Shown in pieces: positions 1 through 13,625 of a DNA stretch of 64,000 bases (positions are counted from its first letter, which is position 1; every line of letters begins with the position of its first letter). Origin of the DNA: Eledone cirrhosa (Eukaryota); contig OZ024743.1 of NCBI GenBank assembly GCA_964016885.1, positions 302,064,001 to 302,128,000 on the forward strand, written 5' to 3'. Made by a program: the position numbers and the translations under genes. The notes beneath the pieces were generated by a model, which had not been told where the DNA came from, searched no databases, and was given only the letters and a program-made list of their open reading frames with translations.

Positions 1-28
1 CTGGCAATGAACGGAAAAAATATTTTGT

Positions 29-830
29 GGTACATATGTTTTGGTTATGTGTATACGGGAGTTTTGCGTCTGCGTGTGTATGCAGGTTCGTACGTATGTA
101 GGGTGTGTGTATATGTGTACTTCATGTTTTGGCTGACTTACGTCTCCTAATATTTGTGTATTTACATGTAGGTATGTGGGTGCGCTTGTTATATACGTAT
201 TTATTTATTTATATACGTTTATTTAATTATTTATTTGTATACACGCACACACAAACACACACATATTTATTTGTGCGTGGTTTTGTATACCTATGGCAAG
301 TGTTTGCGTATGCTTGTGTATGTACGTATTTGAATGTGTGTATGCATTTATTCATTTAATTTCTATTACCCATGTATTGTATTTATTTACTTTATTCTTA
401 ACTCTGAAGCGGAGATTCATTCGGTTTCCTAGTTAGAATTTACGTGGTTTTGTCTTTGCGTACAATTGTTCTCCACGCTCCACATATGACGTATTATTCT
501 CGTGTTTTTCGTTCATGGCCAGAGAACGTCTCTATGAATCACCTAAGAGAACATTAGTCTACGACTTCTTTTATACCATAAATGTGGTTCTGTTTTTGCG
601 CGTAATTGTTTTTCACCGCTCCTATTAATGACGTATTATATTCGTTATTTTCCCGTTCTTTGCCAGGGAACGTTTCCACGGACCAAAGTATCGTTTTCCT
701 GTTTTCCTCCGGTTGCAACGTTTTTTGAAATATCCACTTCTGCGTTTACAGATTGACTTTGTTAGTTTCAGAAGATCCCGTTAAGGGTGAAAGCAGCGGT
801 TCTTTGTTTAAACTTTAATCTATTATTTTA

Positions 831-835
<5 letters not shown>
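29..835 (+). mobile_element. Dispersed repeat family A: 5'-truncated 3' UTR of a Penelope-like element ending in a hammerhead motif
   Basis: Collinear with 46072-46900 and 37618-38030. Its reverse complement (5380-6120) lies downstream of the GIY-YIG remnant at 6387-6740 on the minus strand. Ends at a (TA)n tract. Confidence 0.8.
764..814 (+). ncRNA. Type I hammerhead ribozyme motif, variant core (family A)
   Basis: AGTTT-CAGAAGA-tCCCgttaaGGGt-GAAA-GCAgcggttcttTGT-TT-AAACT. Stems I, II and III pair; core has A instead of U4. Confidence 0.65.

Positions 836-901
<66 letters not shown>
835..901. repeat. (TA)n microsatellite
   Basis: Pure TA run between two oppositely oriented HHR-bearing repeats. 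Confidence 0.98.
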
Positions 902-903
<2 letters not shown>

Positions 904-935
904 TAAATTGAAACTATATTTATAAAACCATATTT

Positions 936-994
936 ATTCTATTATATACATTTCAAGGGTAGCAAAACTATGGTACGGTCTCATCAGATAAAAT
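936..994 (-). ncRNA. Type I hammerhead motif (family D; repeat spans about 901-1013)
   Basis: Minus strand ATTTTAT-CTGATGA-(imperfect stem II)-GAAA-TGTATA-TA-ATAGAAT with a 7-bp stem I. Homologous to 13258-13371 and 48185-48308. Confidence 0.7.
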
Positions 995-1255
995 ACAAAG
1001 TTTGTTTTATAAATATTGACATACCCAGGAATGAGTCCTTAATGGTTGACAAGTAACACAACATTTAGTTCACCATACCAAGAACAATTGTTTTACATTA
1101 TGCGGATCTTCAGTTCAGACTGGTCATGGTTATACCGAGCTGGAGATCCGCATAAGGTGAAACAATTGTTATCGGTATGGTTAACTAACTGTTGTGATAC
1201 TACGAACTCCTCCCATGGACTGAGGGCTCTACCTCTACGGATATTACCTTTCAGT

Positions 1256-1358
<103 letters not shown>

Positions 1359-1522
1359 ATATATATATTATATATACATATATATCATTTTCATAAGTTG
1401 TAATCTGACCATATTCCGAGTAGTTAACGGTGATCTCGATAGATAAAAAAAAACACTCGAAGTCTTCTAGTAATCCAAGCTTTTGTTGGTACCCAATGGC
1501 GGAATATACAAGTATACGTATA

Positions 1523-1591
<69 letters not shown>

Positions 1592-2489
1592 GGTCGGCCA
1601 GCTAGTTGGAAACTCGTGGCATGCCGTCCTTCGTATCGATAATCTTTTGAAGTTGCCTGTTTTATTTGTGAATGCTATATGAATATATTTTTGCCATTCA
1701 GTGATATTTCCTTGAGGGCGAGTGACATTTAGAATCAAAATAGGAATAGAGGCCTCGTCGTAATAATGTTTTACCGTAATATAATCTAATAATCTGGCAT
1801 GTAAACCCACTGAACAGAAAAAATGGCTTTTAACATGCATGTACATACACACACTCAGAGGCAGACACGCACTGACACACATACACAAGCACATACCAAC
1901 ACACACAACTATCTAGCTCTCTATATATATACAGTATGTGTGTGTGTGGCTGTGTATGTGTGTGTGGGTGGGTATGTGTTTGGGTGTGAGGGTGTGTGTT
2001 TGTGTGTGCGTGCATGTGTGTGCCCATGATTGTGTGCCTGGGTATGTGTAAAATTCATCGATTAGTCATATGTTAACGCTACTGTTAGAAATACATGAAT
2101 CCTGAAAAGACGGATTCTTATTTAGAACTATACAAAGTATAAACATAAGAAATATTCCTGCTTTCATTGTTATCCTTTTTTATGTCAATCCTGATTAGTC
2201 TGACGTTAAATTATTTTGCTATCAAACAATTCTGCTTTATCTTTAGTTGATGCATAGCGTATCGCTCAATGGTTACCTATGTCTACATTTGTTACGGAAA
2301 TATTATTGACAAAACCTGAATGCAACTGTTGACCAATACACCACTCGTGCAAAAACATCATAAATGCGCAAACATATATATACACACACATAGGTAAACA
2401 AACAGACGTAAACTGTGGTCGACAGATCAATTAAACAGATGAAACTTCTAATGTCACCTGGCGTTAAGGACTGCCAGTTAAGTAATGGA

Positions 2490-3565
2490 GATTTCGAGGG
2501 CTAGGAATTATCTCCAAGCATTTTGGAACAATATTCTACAGGGGAAGACAGCTCCTGAATGGGGAAATCTGGCATTGTTCTCTTTTGAATAAAGGGCAAC
2601 CTGGCTATATGTATTAAGTACGTAATAATCTCTCTCTCCCAGGTAGCGGTAAACATCTGTTGAAGCGTTTCTGCTATGTCATTGGAACTCATCTCCAATA
2701 AAATCAAAATGGGTTCCTCAAGAACAGGTCAATATCTTCGCAACTCCTAACCCTGCGAATTGTGAGTGAGGAGATTCAAAATCACAACAAAGAAGTCGTT
2801 ATCCTCATCCACTTTCGTAAAGCATTTGTTTTCGTCGACAGGAATGTCATCTTCAGTATCTTAAGTCCCTATGTAAATCTACAGTGCCTATTCTCGCATG
2901 AAATTGTCTCGATTGAAGAGAACACTTGAGACCAACAAGTTAGTTTGTTGGCTCTTTTTCTCTTCTGTGCCATTCTGGATTATGCTCAGAAATATGCCAT
3001 TACAATCAAGATAAAGTTACGCTCAAAATATGTTGGAGCTTATGTTAGACAGCAGAGATGATTACATAATTTAAATTTGAAAAAAGAAAAAGGTTATCTG
3101 TTTTCTGGAAGACACGGATCTACTCCACCGCAATGAGAGTATTACCCACACAATTCGTTTTTTAAATACACGTGGCTAATCTCACACATAATTCCTTTTT
3201 TTTATTGTTCAGTTGATGCAACTAAAATTGAAGAAGTTGAGGAGTTCAAATAATTGAGGGGCTACACTGATATCTCTTTCCATATCTAAATGCGCATTTT
3301 AAAAGCCTGTAGTATTAGTCTCTCATTTTGTAACGTCTGGAGAGAACCAACCAAACACTCCGCTAAAACCAGGGTATTCAATTCTACCGAGGGATCAATC
3401 CGTTTTGTGGACCATGACAACTGCACTTGCAAGTAAGTTGGATGGTAATTACACCTCAAAATCTCTTGACATTCGTACACAATTAACAAGTTCTTATATG
3501 GACGTCTTCCAAAGATTCTAACCGTCATAAGAATACGTCACGTGGTTCTTGCTGGGCATGTGTGT
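2490..3565 (+). pseudogene. Highly degraded non-LTR (RTE-like) reverse transcriptase fragment
   Basis: Frameshifted motifs QNGFLKNRS, FRKAFVFVDR (DFxKAFDxVDR-like), IEEVEEFK.LxG and LYGRLPKILTVIRIRHVVLAGH. Confidence 0.6.
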
Positions 3566-4444
3566 GACGGTATTTGTGTATATGTGTGAGTGTCTATGTG
3601 AGTGTATGTGTGCCTGCATGTATGTGTTTGAATGGCTAAACATTGGTTCAAAGGGCAAATGTATTACCTCCCACGTGACTGTGCGTGTAAATCACCCTTT
3701 CCAGTATGTTTAATTATACAAGTATAAAGTCTCGTCGGAATTATTGTTATTGCCACAAAGGAGTAAATTTTCATTAGTTCACATTTTATATTCACAGGAT
3801 TAATTGGATTTGCATAGGTAATGTTAACAGCTATTTTAGCGTTAGTACTTGATCGCACAAAATCTAACACGAACGATATTTCTACTATTGTATGATAAAT
3901 GTTTTTGAAGGAGATTAATAAACGTGGATAATTAAAATAGAAACAACTATTTAGAGTACATAGTTAAGAAAATATATTTGGTTGGATATGACTGTTGGGG
4001 TGACATATTGAAACTTTTTACTGTTCGTATTAATTAAATGAAAAAACGAATTCCAAATATCCATTGCAAACATTATCTCATTTTAAGTGGTGTTCCCTTT
4101 CAATATATGTCTATATATGTGTGCGCGTGTGATCTTGTGTGAGTCTATGTGCGTTAATGTGCGTGTGCCAGTATATCGTTTCGTGTGGGTTTTTGTGTGT
4201 AAGAATGCGTACGTCTGTACATGATCACAGACTTATTCATTTAGTGCCTGAATACATTATGGCATGCCCTGAAACATAAATGAAGTTTGAATAGCTTCAA
4301 CACAATATTAAGTTTTTACAGCTTAGACATTCAATTAAGTCACACTACTGCCAAATGCGAAATTGCTATTCAATTTTAGCATTGATGATTGTTATCAAAC
4401 AGTGTTTGTAACAATCTGTAATATATAAAGTTAATGTGTCTCAT

Positions 4445-4558
4445 GGAGGTGTATGAGAAAAGTTCCAGGACTGATGCCACAATAGATTTATTTCAAAACC
4501 AAACTACACACTAAGTGTTTTCTCCTTATCAGTCCTGGAACGTTTCTTACCCACCTCG
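4445..4558. mobile_element. Mariner-derived MITE (about 115 bp)
   Basis: Ends GAGGTGTATGAGAAAAGTTCCAGGACTGAT and ATCAGTCCTGGAACGTTTCTTACCCACCTCG-TA match the TIRs of the mariner at 16542-17450. Confidence 0.8.
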
Positions 4559-4578
4559 TATATTATATATATACATAT

Positions 4579-4706
<128 letters not shown>

Positions 4707-4790
4707 GTATGTATATATATATGTATATGTGTGTATAACAAAGGAGTTGTGGTAAGGAACCAAATGGACCATAACATACCAGAATACTCA

Positions 4791-5374
<584 letters not shown>

Positions 5375-5379
5375 AAAGA

Positions 5380-7300
5380 CAACGATAATACGTTATAATT
5401 TGGAGCGGTGAAAACAATTACACGCAAAGACAAAACCACCTTTATGGTATAAATGAAGTCGTAGCCTAATATTCTATTAGGTGGTTCGTGGAGACACTCT
5501 CTGGCAATGAACGAAAAGAAAACGAAGATAATACGTCATTATGTGGCCTGGTGAACAATTACACGCCGACAAAACCACCTAAATGTTATAACTCAACTCG
5601 TAGACTAAAATTCTATTAGGAAACCGAATGAATCCCGGCTTCAGAGTTAATAATAAAGTAAATAAGTTACAGAGGTAATTGAAATTAAATATATACATAC
5701 ACGCACCCATATACGTACCTACTGGATATGCCAATACAAGCACGTACACCAAAAAAACAAACAAAAAAAACACAAACAAATACACCCGCACGCAAATGCA
5801 GACCCCACGCAACGCCTGTACCCGCACGAATACGACCGTAAACACCAAATACACATAACAATATATATAAAAAAATATATACGTATGTGTGTGTGAGTGT
5901 GCGTGTATACATATAATTATATAAACGTATAGAAATATATACACATAAATACGTATACACGCGCCGCTCACATACATACCACCTGTAAATACACATATGT
6001 ACGCAGACGTACGTCAACGAAACAACAAAGTACACATATACAGACACCCACATTCGTACGAACCCGCATAATTACACAGATGCAAAACTCACCTATACGC
6101 ATAACCTATGCACATGTACCAGTATATATGATATATACGCCATAACATATACAAGCAAATATACGTACGAGAAAGTATACATACTTTCACAAAACATACA
6201 GGTAAAATATACTTACCTATACAAATAAGTAATGGTATAAACATAGCATATACTTAGCTACCACACCACGACGTAAAATATCCGCGTATAGTTCGTACTA
6301 TCCGTTAGGGTATAATGTGGGGCTGTAATACAGGAAAGTGTTGTGCAATTTATGTTTACAAGCCGAAATTGCCTCAGGTTTTTTGTTTAAGATGTGGTCT
6401 TTGGCGTAGAGTATTTCCTGAGCCTCAGCGCAGAAGTCACATGGTCTTTTACTTTCGTTATACGATCTAACCCAGCTAGGATCTCCCAGTGTAACTTAAA
6501 ATGTGTGTGGTTGTCTTTTTGACTCCAGATATAAGCTGAAAGTGACGTCATATTCCGTCTTAAAAGTTTAAGAAAAGAATGGGTATGTATGTAAAGACGT
6601 TGCTTTAATCTATTGGCGGTTAACCCTATGTAGTCCCTACGGGACATGGGTGTTTCAACCTTACGTTTGTAGACAATGTTACAGGAGAAGCATTTCCCGG
6701 ATAGGGGGCACTCAATGCGATTCCTACAATTACAGTTAGTACTATGATACAGGGTTGCACGTGTTCCTACTGCCAGGAAATGTAGCTAAATTTGAAGCTG
6801 TGATGTTATGTGCCAGGTTAGGAGTCGTAGAGTCAGACATTTTAATGGTATTTCTATTAAAAATTTACTATATTTATTTGCTGGAGGAAAATGCTTCATA
6901 ATAAGGGAGAGAAAGATATTAGCTAATGGTGTGGCGACCTCCATATTATATAGTGGGTTATACCATATACTGCGTCGGGATCTATTTTTCCTAGGTCTAT
7001 TCTCGTACTATGTATACGCTATCTTATCGACAAATCCACTCCGAACAAGAGCTTCATTGTAATATGTGGAATGATTGTTGAATATATGCTCGTTTGTAGA
7101 TAGACGGGAAAGCCTCAGAGAAACGTTTCTTACCAGGTTAGAATGCTTACCAGAGAATGCTTACCAGAGAAACGTTAATTACCAGGTTCTTACCATGGTT
7201 ACAATACTTACTTATGTAATTAAGCGTATCATTCGGCCTTCTATGCGGCTAGTAAAAGCCATTTGACACATTGAGGGTAACGCCGATGTAATTCGCGACC
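5380..7300 (-). mobile_element. Degraded Penelope-like element, 3' portion (GIY-YIG plus family A 3' UTR)
   Basis: Minus-strand CNCRNRIECPLSGKC...NIVY...YIGLTANRLKQRLYIHTHSF...TSLSAYIW...WEIL, followed by the family A UTR. Confidence 0.8.
6387..6740 (-). pseudogene. GIY-YIG endonuclease remnant of a PLE
   Basis: ORF 6387-6647 has YIG..R..H..SF and SLSAYIW. A Cys-rich linker lies just upstream. Confidence 0.8.
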
Positions 7301-8508
7301 AAGAGGTTGGCCTCAACATGTAACAAATAAGTAATGGCATAAACATAGCATATACTTAGCTCCCACATCAAGACGTAAATTATCCGCCTATAGTTCGTAC
7401 TATCCGTTAGGGTATAATGTGGGGCTGTTATACATGAAGGTTTTGTTCAAAAGAATCCATTAAGGGTGAAAGCAGCGATTATTTGCTCAAACTTTAATCT
7501 GTTATTTTAATAGATATTTTCTGTACGGTTCTTATATATATATATCTTCTTGCTATTTATTTATCCTTATCGAGCCCTCTTTGGATTTTACTCTTCTAAT
7601 TTATTATTATTACTATATATATATATAGTAATAATAATATATATATATATGTATATATATAGTAATAATAATAAGTTTGAAGACTACATTCCAAACCGGG
7701 CTCGATAAGGATAAATATATATATCAGATAGCGGCGTGTGGTAAACAACTAGGTAGAACAGAGTATTCGATAATTGTGTTAGTAGAGTGGGTAATATGAA
7801 CAGATTCAGGATGCCGAAGGCTGAGGTCCGGCCGTTTCAACAGCTACACCCGAACAGCCGGAGCTCAGACATCACGGTCCCGAATATCTTTGTATTACCC
7901 ACTCTACTACCCCACGTATCGAGTTCATCTGGCATTTTGCTACACCTTATCTGATATAGATATAAAATAATAGCAATAGGACAAAAATATTCTCTTTCTC
8001 TCTTTGCGTATGTACAATAAGCATTTCATGTTTTTCAATGATTTTTAAGAATACATTTGAACACTATATTCCGAATTCGATATGCTGACTTTTTCCCGAC
8101 ACTTTGTATAATTAGATAATGACTGATTTTGTTGTGTCTATTCCAACACAATGAGCCTCGCTTCGCGAGAGAAGGTGCTTTCGGTGTTATTTCAAAGTTT
8201 CGGAAAGATCATATTACATATATCCGCATCTAGACGCCTTTAAATGTCTTTTAAGGTATTTGGCTCGATCTTCTATACCTGTGAGGGACAGTTATTCAAA
8301 TGAAAACACTCACTGAGTTGATGTCAATCTTAATTGCTCTTGAGTGCGGGCGCATATACATATTTCCTGATCTTTACCTTCCAATGAAACAGCTCTAGTC
8401 CTGTAGAAGCCATGTCTATATTAAACATTATATAAGCTACTATGTATTGAGTACCTTACTTACTGTGATTACATCAGATTGGACTAACGATAGATATGTA
8501 TATATACT

Positions 8509-8593
<85 letters not shown>

Positions 8594-8720
8594 ATGCATA
8601 TATATGATTCCAGTTCATCAGAAGAATAACAACACAACCAGTAGCTGGTCATATCGATGTATTGGCGGAGTAAAACACACTTCAAGAACATGTGTACCTG
8701 TCTTTCCCACACTAATTCGG

Positions 8721-8775
8721 ACTGCCTGAAGAGGTCACAGCCAATGATGGCTGTCACAGAAATATATACATTAGT
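8721..8775 (+). ncRNA. Degenerate hammerhead motif (family F)
   Basis: CTGAAGA-ggtcACAGCCAatgaTGGCTGTcaca-GAAA-TATA-TA. Stem I pairs poorly. Confidence 0.45.
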
Positions 8776-8859
8776 ATAACTATAATTTTTAAAAAACGAA
8801 GCCAAGTTTTACATATTTGACTTAATTATTATTATTATACAGTGGTGAACCTCAAACAC

Positions 8860-8900
<41 letters not shown>

Positions 8901-8902
<2 letters not shown>

Positions 8903-9090
8903 AAACAGTATGACCCCGACGGCAGAGTTCAAGCCGTTTCGACGGCTATTTCCGAGTCCAGAAATAGCCGTCAAAACGGCTTGGGTTCTGCCGTTGGGGT
9001 CCTACTCGTTCCTATTTCCCACTCTACTACCCTATGTATTGAGTATTCTGGTGCGTTATGATCCATTTGGTTCCTTACCACAAATCTTTG
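8901..9090. repeat. Family B fold-back containing the 3' half of a hammerhead
   Basis: Palindrome centred on GACGGCTATTTC-cgagtcca-GAAATAGCCGTC. Arms carry GAAA-CGGC..GCCG-TC-GGGGTC. Related sequence at 4740-4866, 5298-5374 and 7780-7910. Confidence 0.75.
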
Positions 9091-9257
9091 TTATATATAT
9101 ATATATATTGTTATACTTTGGGAGGGTCATGTTGCCAACAAGAAACTCACGTACCAGTTGCTTTCACTTCAATTTATTATAATAAATTTATAAATTTAGG
9201 AATTTATAAATGTCCGCTTGGTTGGTTGGTTCCACACCAGATCTTTGTTTATATATT

Positions 9258-9300
9258 GTCAAAGTGTTTTCGTCACACATTATGTGACCTCTTCAATGAC
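9258..9300 (-). ncRNA. Hammerhead motif (family C), C3 mutated
   Basis: GTCA-TTGAAGA-g-GTCACataatgtGTGAC-GAAA-ACAC-TT-TGAC. Confidence 0.6.
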
Positions 9301-10499
9301 TGGGGATTATTTTCTTTGTTTTTGTGCCTCTCCTTTGTTCATTCCTACGCCATCTTGTTTTTGTGTGTGTGGTGTGTGTTTAGTTTGCGCATGTGTTACA
9401 TCCGGGTGTATGTGTGTGTTTATATTCGTTTATTTATTTTTTTATTTACATACTGTTTGATTGTTTGTTCTATGTGCGTGTGTGTTTTCATTTTGTCCTT
9501 AATTGTAAGTTGTGAGGTTGCTGTTCCACTCATGTTTTCTATTTAATTTGGTTGGAGTTCATTTATGTTTATTGCCTCTGTGAATTGTCTAAACATTGCG
9601 TCTTTTAAGTGTGTAGATTCTATTTTTATTTCTATGTTCTCTAATTTACCCTTATGTTCTATTTTAGCATGTTGGTAGAGTACAGATGTTTCTTTACTAT
9701 CTTGAAGGTCTCGCCAGTGTTCATGTATCCGTTCCCCTATACTACGAATTGTCTAACCTATGTAAACTATATTTTTATCTCTACATTGTCCTTCAGTACA
9801 TCTTATGTCATATACTACATTTCTAGTTTTACAATTAATATGGGGGCTTAATATACAGATTATACATTTATTATCTATACAGGGTGGTCTTTTAAAAGGG
9901 TATGTATTGCTAATAATTGTTTTTATGGAGGTACCTGGTCTTTCTACTATCTTAATATTGAGTTTATGTTTATCTAGGGCCCTTCTAAATTTGTAAGATA
10001 ATTGACCTCTAGGGGTTGTATCGATGAAGATTACACTCTGGTATTTATTGTTATCATACCATGAGTTTATTCTATTAGTCTTATTCTTAGTTCTGTCTAT
10101 TCTATTCCAAAATTTGCCCCTATACAAGGGGCAGGTCCCATTTGTGTCATTATTTACCATTTTTTCCCATTTGGTTCTGGCTTCTCTATATACTCTGATT
10201 TTATCTCTCTGATTGTAACCAGAGAACTGCATACGGTGGATGAAGTATTGTATGTGTATCTCTAGTTCATCGGGGTTGCACATGCGGGACACGTTTCTCA
10301 TCAGCCGTACCAAATCCGTAATCAGTATGTTGATTTTGGTATGGTCCGAAACAGCTGAGTTTCGGTGGATCAGATATTTGGAAGTCATTTGGAACTTTAC
10401 TTTTTTATAATCCTTCCGATAAGTCGTTCTACCTGCGACGAGTCCACGCCGCGACTTTAGCTTTTAACAAACGCACGCAATTGTCATTCGGAACGATGA

Positions 10500-12730
10500 A
10501 CAAACAGAAGCACAATTTAGTATAACTAGATCTAAACTTAGAAATATTATAGAACAGTATAACAAGAAGCGTAATATAATAGAGGCCTAGCAACTGGGAG
10601 AAAAATCTGCAAATGGCTTACGTAAGCTCATGCAGCGCTCGTGTAATGGAGAGATAGCATGGTTTCCAACAGACATGTCTGGCAGAATGTCGGTTGACAG
10701 TCTGCCAAACTACATCCAGGCAATGCAACGCCAACCCCACATCACTAACACAAGAGAAGTAACACCACAAGAGCATGAGGATAGGGAAAAAGCGCTCAAT
10801 GCCCATATGATGATGTGGACAAATATAATGAAGCCCAACAAAATGACTGCCAACAACTTCCAGGCCTGGAACAATGACGTGCCAGCGTTGTATGGGCTTC
10901 GAAAAGACCATAAAACGAGCAGTAACCCTGTCACAGGACCACCAACACGGCCAGTCTGTGGAGCTAACATTGCTAGTAATTAAAGACTTTCCTACTTCCT
11001 CTCCCTGATCATACGCCCCATCATTGAAATGTCCCCAGATATATGTGACAGTACGGAGGACCTACTCAGCAGAATCGGCGAGAATAAACGATCTAGGGAC
11101 CTACCAATCTGCATAATAGGTAGTATGGATGGTGTGTCCCTGTATCCATCTATTGACGTGGATTTTGATGTGGAGAAATGCGTAGAAATGACCAGTGAGA
11201 GCAATGTTGAATTTCGTGGGATTGATATCAGTGAGCTGGGCTTCCTATTTAAACTGACCTATAGTAATAATTATCTAGATACATATGGCCTTAACAACCT
11301 GTGCCCTACAAGACCAGGAAGAGGTAGACCACCTACCATTACCTCAATGGACAAGAAAACCCACACAGATAGATGGAATGGGTGGACCAGAGACATACGG
11401 ACCCCCGAAAACCACGATGAACTAAAGAAAATGATTATACATGTGGTGGGGGCCAGTAAAAAATTAACCCTTAAGGAACATATGTTCAAATTTAATGGAA
11501 AAACATATGACCAAGAGGAGGGAGCAGCCATTGGTTTTAGCATTGCCAGCGACATAGCTAACCTATTCATTTTATTGTAGGACAGTAGACTTAAACTTAA
11601 ACTTAAAGAACAATTAGAAGACCCCTTAACCCTGATAAAGTACTCCTGCTACGTTGATGATATAAACATCGTAGTTAAAACACCCCACTAGAGAACAGTC
11701 TGGAAATAGAGAAAAACACAATGGAAAGCATCCAGAAAATAGCTAACTCCATCCACCAGAGTATTAGATTTACTATAGACTACCCAAGCAAACACCCCAA
11801 CCATCCGTTACCTATACTAGACACAGAGCTCTGGTTAGATACCATTAATAACAAAAAAACAAATCCTCCATTCTCATTATGCCAAACCAATGACTTCCAA
11901 ATATCTGATCTACCGAAACTCAGCTGTTTCAGACCATACCAAAATCAACGTACTGATTGCGGATTTGGTACGGCTGATGAGAAACGTGTCCCGCATGTGC
12001 AACCCCGAAGAATTAGAGAGACACATACAACACTTGATCCACAGTATTCAGTTCTCTGGTTACAATCAGAGAGATAAAATCCGAGTATATAGAGGAGCCA
12101 GAACCAAATGGGAAAAATGGTAAATAATGACACAAATGGGACCTGCCCCTTTTATAGGAGCAACGTTTTGAATAGAATAGAAATAAATAGGAATAAGGTT
12201 AATAGAATATACTCATGGTATGTACCAATAAATACCAGATTGTAATCTTCATCGATACAACCCCTAGAGGTGAATTAGCTTACACATTTAGAAGGGCCCT
12301 AGATAAACATAAACTCAATGTTAAGATAGTAGAAAGAAAAGGTACCTCCGTAAAATCACTTATTAGCAAGACATTCCCTTTTCAAAGACCTCCATGTATA
12401 GATAAGAAATGTATAATCTGTAAACTAAGCCCCCATATTAACTGTAAAACTAGAAATGTAGTATAGAGCATAAGATGTACTGAAGGACAATGTAGAGATG
12501 AAAATATAGTTTACATAGGTGAGACAGCTCGTAGTATAGGGGAACGGATAAATGAACACTGGCGAGACGTTCAAGATAGTAAAGAATCATCTGTACTCTA
12601 CCAACATACTAAAATAGAACATAAGGATAAATTAGAGAACATAGAAATAAAAATAGAATCTACACACAGAAAAGACGCAATGTTTAGACAAATCAAAGGC
12701 AATACACATAAATGAACTCCAACTAAAATT
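10500..12730 (+). pseudogene. PLE reverse transcriptase / GIY-YIG ORF, disrupted
   Basis: PTDMSG, LYGLRKDHK, RPVC, SMDGVSLYPSID, YDQEEGAAIG, YVDD, LPILD, CxxxxCxxC..NC..RNVV, YIGETARSIGERINEH. Several stops and frameshifts. Confidence 0.9.
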
Positions 12731-12977
12731 AAATAGAAAAAAAAAGTGGAACTGCAACATCACAACTTACAATTAAGGACAAAATGAAAACACACATGCA
12801 CATAGAACAAACAACAAACCAGTAACATGTAAATAAACAAATAAATAAACGAATATAAACACACACAGACACCCGGATGTAACACATGCGCAAACTAAGC
12901 ACGCAACACACACACAAAAACAAGATGGCGTTTGACAGAACAAAGGAGAGGCACAACAACAAAGAAAATAATTCCCA

Positions 12978-13020
12978 GTCACTGAAGAGGTTACATAATG
13001 TGTGACGAAAGAACTTTGGC
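12978..13020 (+). ncRNA. Minimal type I hammerhead ribozyme (family C) in PLE 3' UTR
   Basis: GTCA-CTGAAGA-g-GTTACataatgtGTGAC-GAAA-GAAC-TT-TGGC. Core intact, 2-bp stem III. Confidence 0.75.
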
Positions 13021-13292
13021 AATATATAAACAATCATCCGGTTGTGGAACCAACCAAAACCGGAAATTTATAAATTCGTAAATTTATAAATGTATTATAA
13101 TAATTTGAAGTGAAAGCAACTGGTGCGCGTGTTTCTTATTGGCCACATGATTCTCCCAAAGTATAACAATATCGGTTTCAACACACATTTTCATATAAAG
13201 AATCTTGCTAAACAAATTCAGAAACGAAATATATATATATATATATATAATGATATTAAATAAATGGAAACTATATTTATAAAACCATATTT

Positions 13293-13351
13293 ATTCTATT
13301 ATATACATTTCAAGTGTACCAAAACTTTGGTACGCTATCATGAGATAAAAT
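13293..13351 (-). ncRNA. Hammerhead motif (family D), G5 mutated
   Basis: ATTTTAT-CTCATGA-tAGcGTACCAAAgtTTTGGTACaCTt-GAAA-TGTATA-TA-ATAGAAT. Confidence 0.6.
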
Positions 13352-13535
13352 ACGAATTGTGTTTTATAAATGGGAAAAGATGAGTATTGACGTAAATGTA
13401 CTTCTATACTCATCTTTTTCCATTTCTTTAAGGGTTCTAAACCCCACTATCAGACAAAAATTACTTTCGTCAAAATACGGTGATAGCTTTTATTTCTAAT
13501 TTATTTCAAACTCGCTCACTGTTTCAAAAGTATAC

Positions 13536-13625
<90 letters not shown>

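Larger units (their letters stand above)
9106..13171 (+). mobile_element. Penelope-like retroelement (Neptune-like Cys-rich linker) with a 1.28 kb inverted 5' segment
   Basis: 9106-10389 is a diverged reverse complement of 11890-13171. The forward part holds RT and GIY-YIG remnants, and there is an HHR in the 3' UTR of both arms. Confidence 0.9.

Noticed and set aside
1400-1510. CTGACCA followed by TATTCCG...CGGAATA pairing, as a possible hammerhead
   Set aside because: The core is mismatched and no GAAA or stem III follows.
10500-12730. Selenocysteine-type TGA read-through in the PLE ORF
   Set aside because: The stops I checked are TAA (10981) and TAG (11578) and frameshifts are present, which fits ordinary decay.
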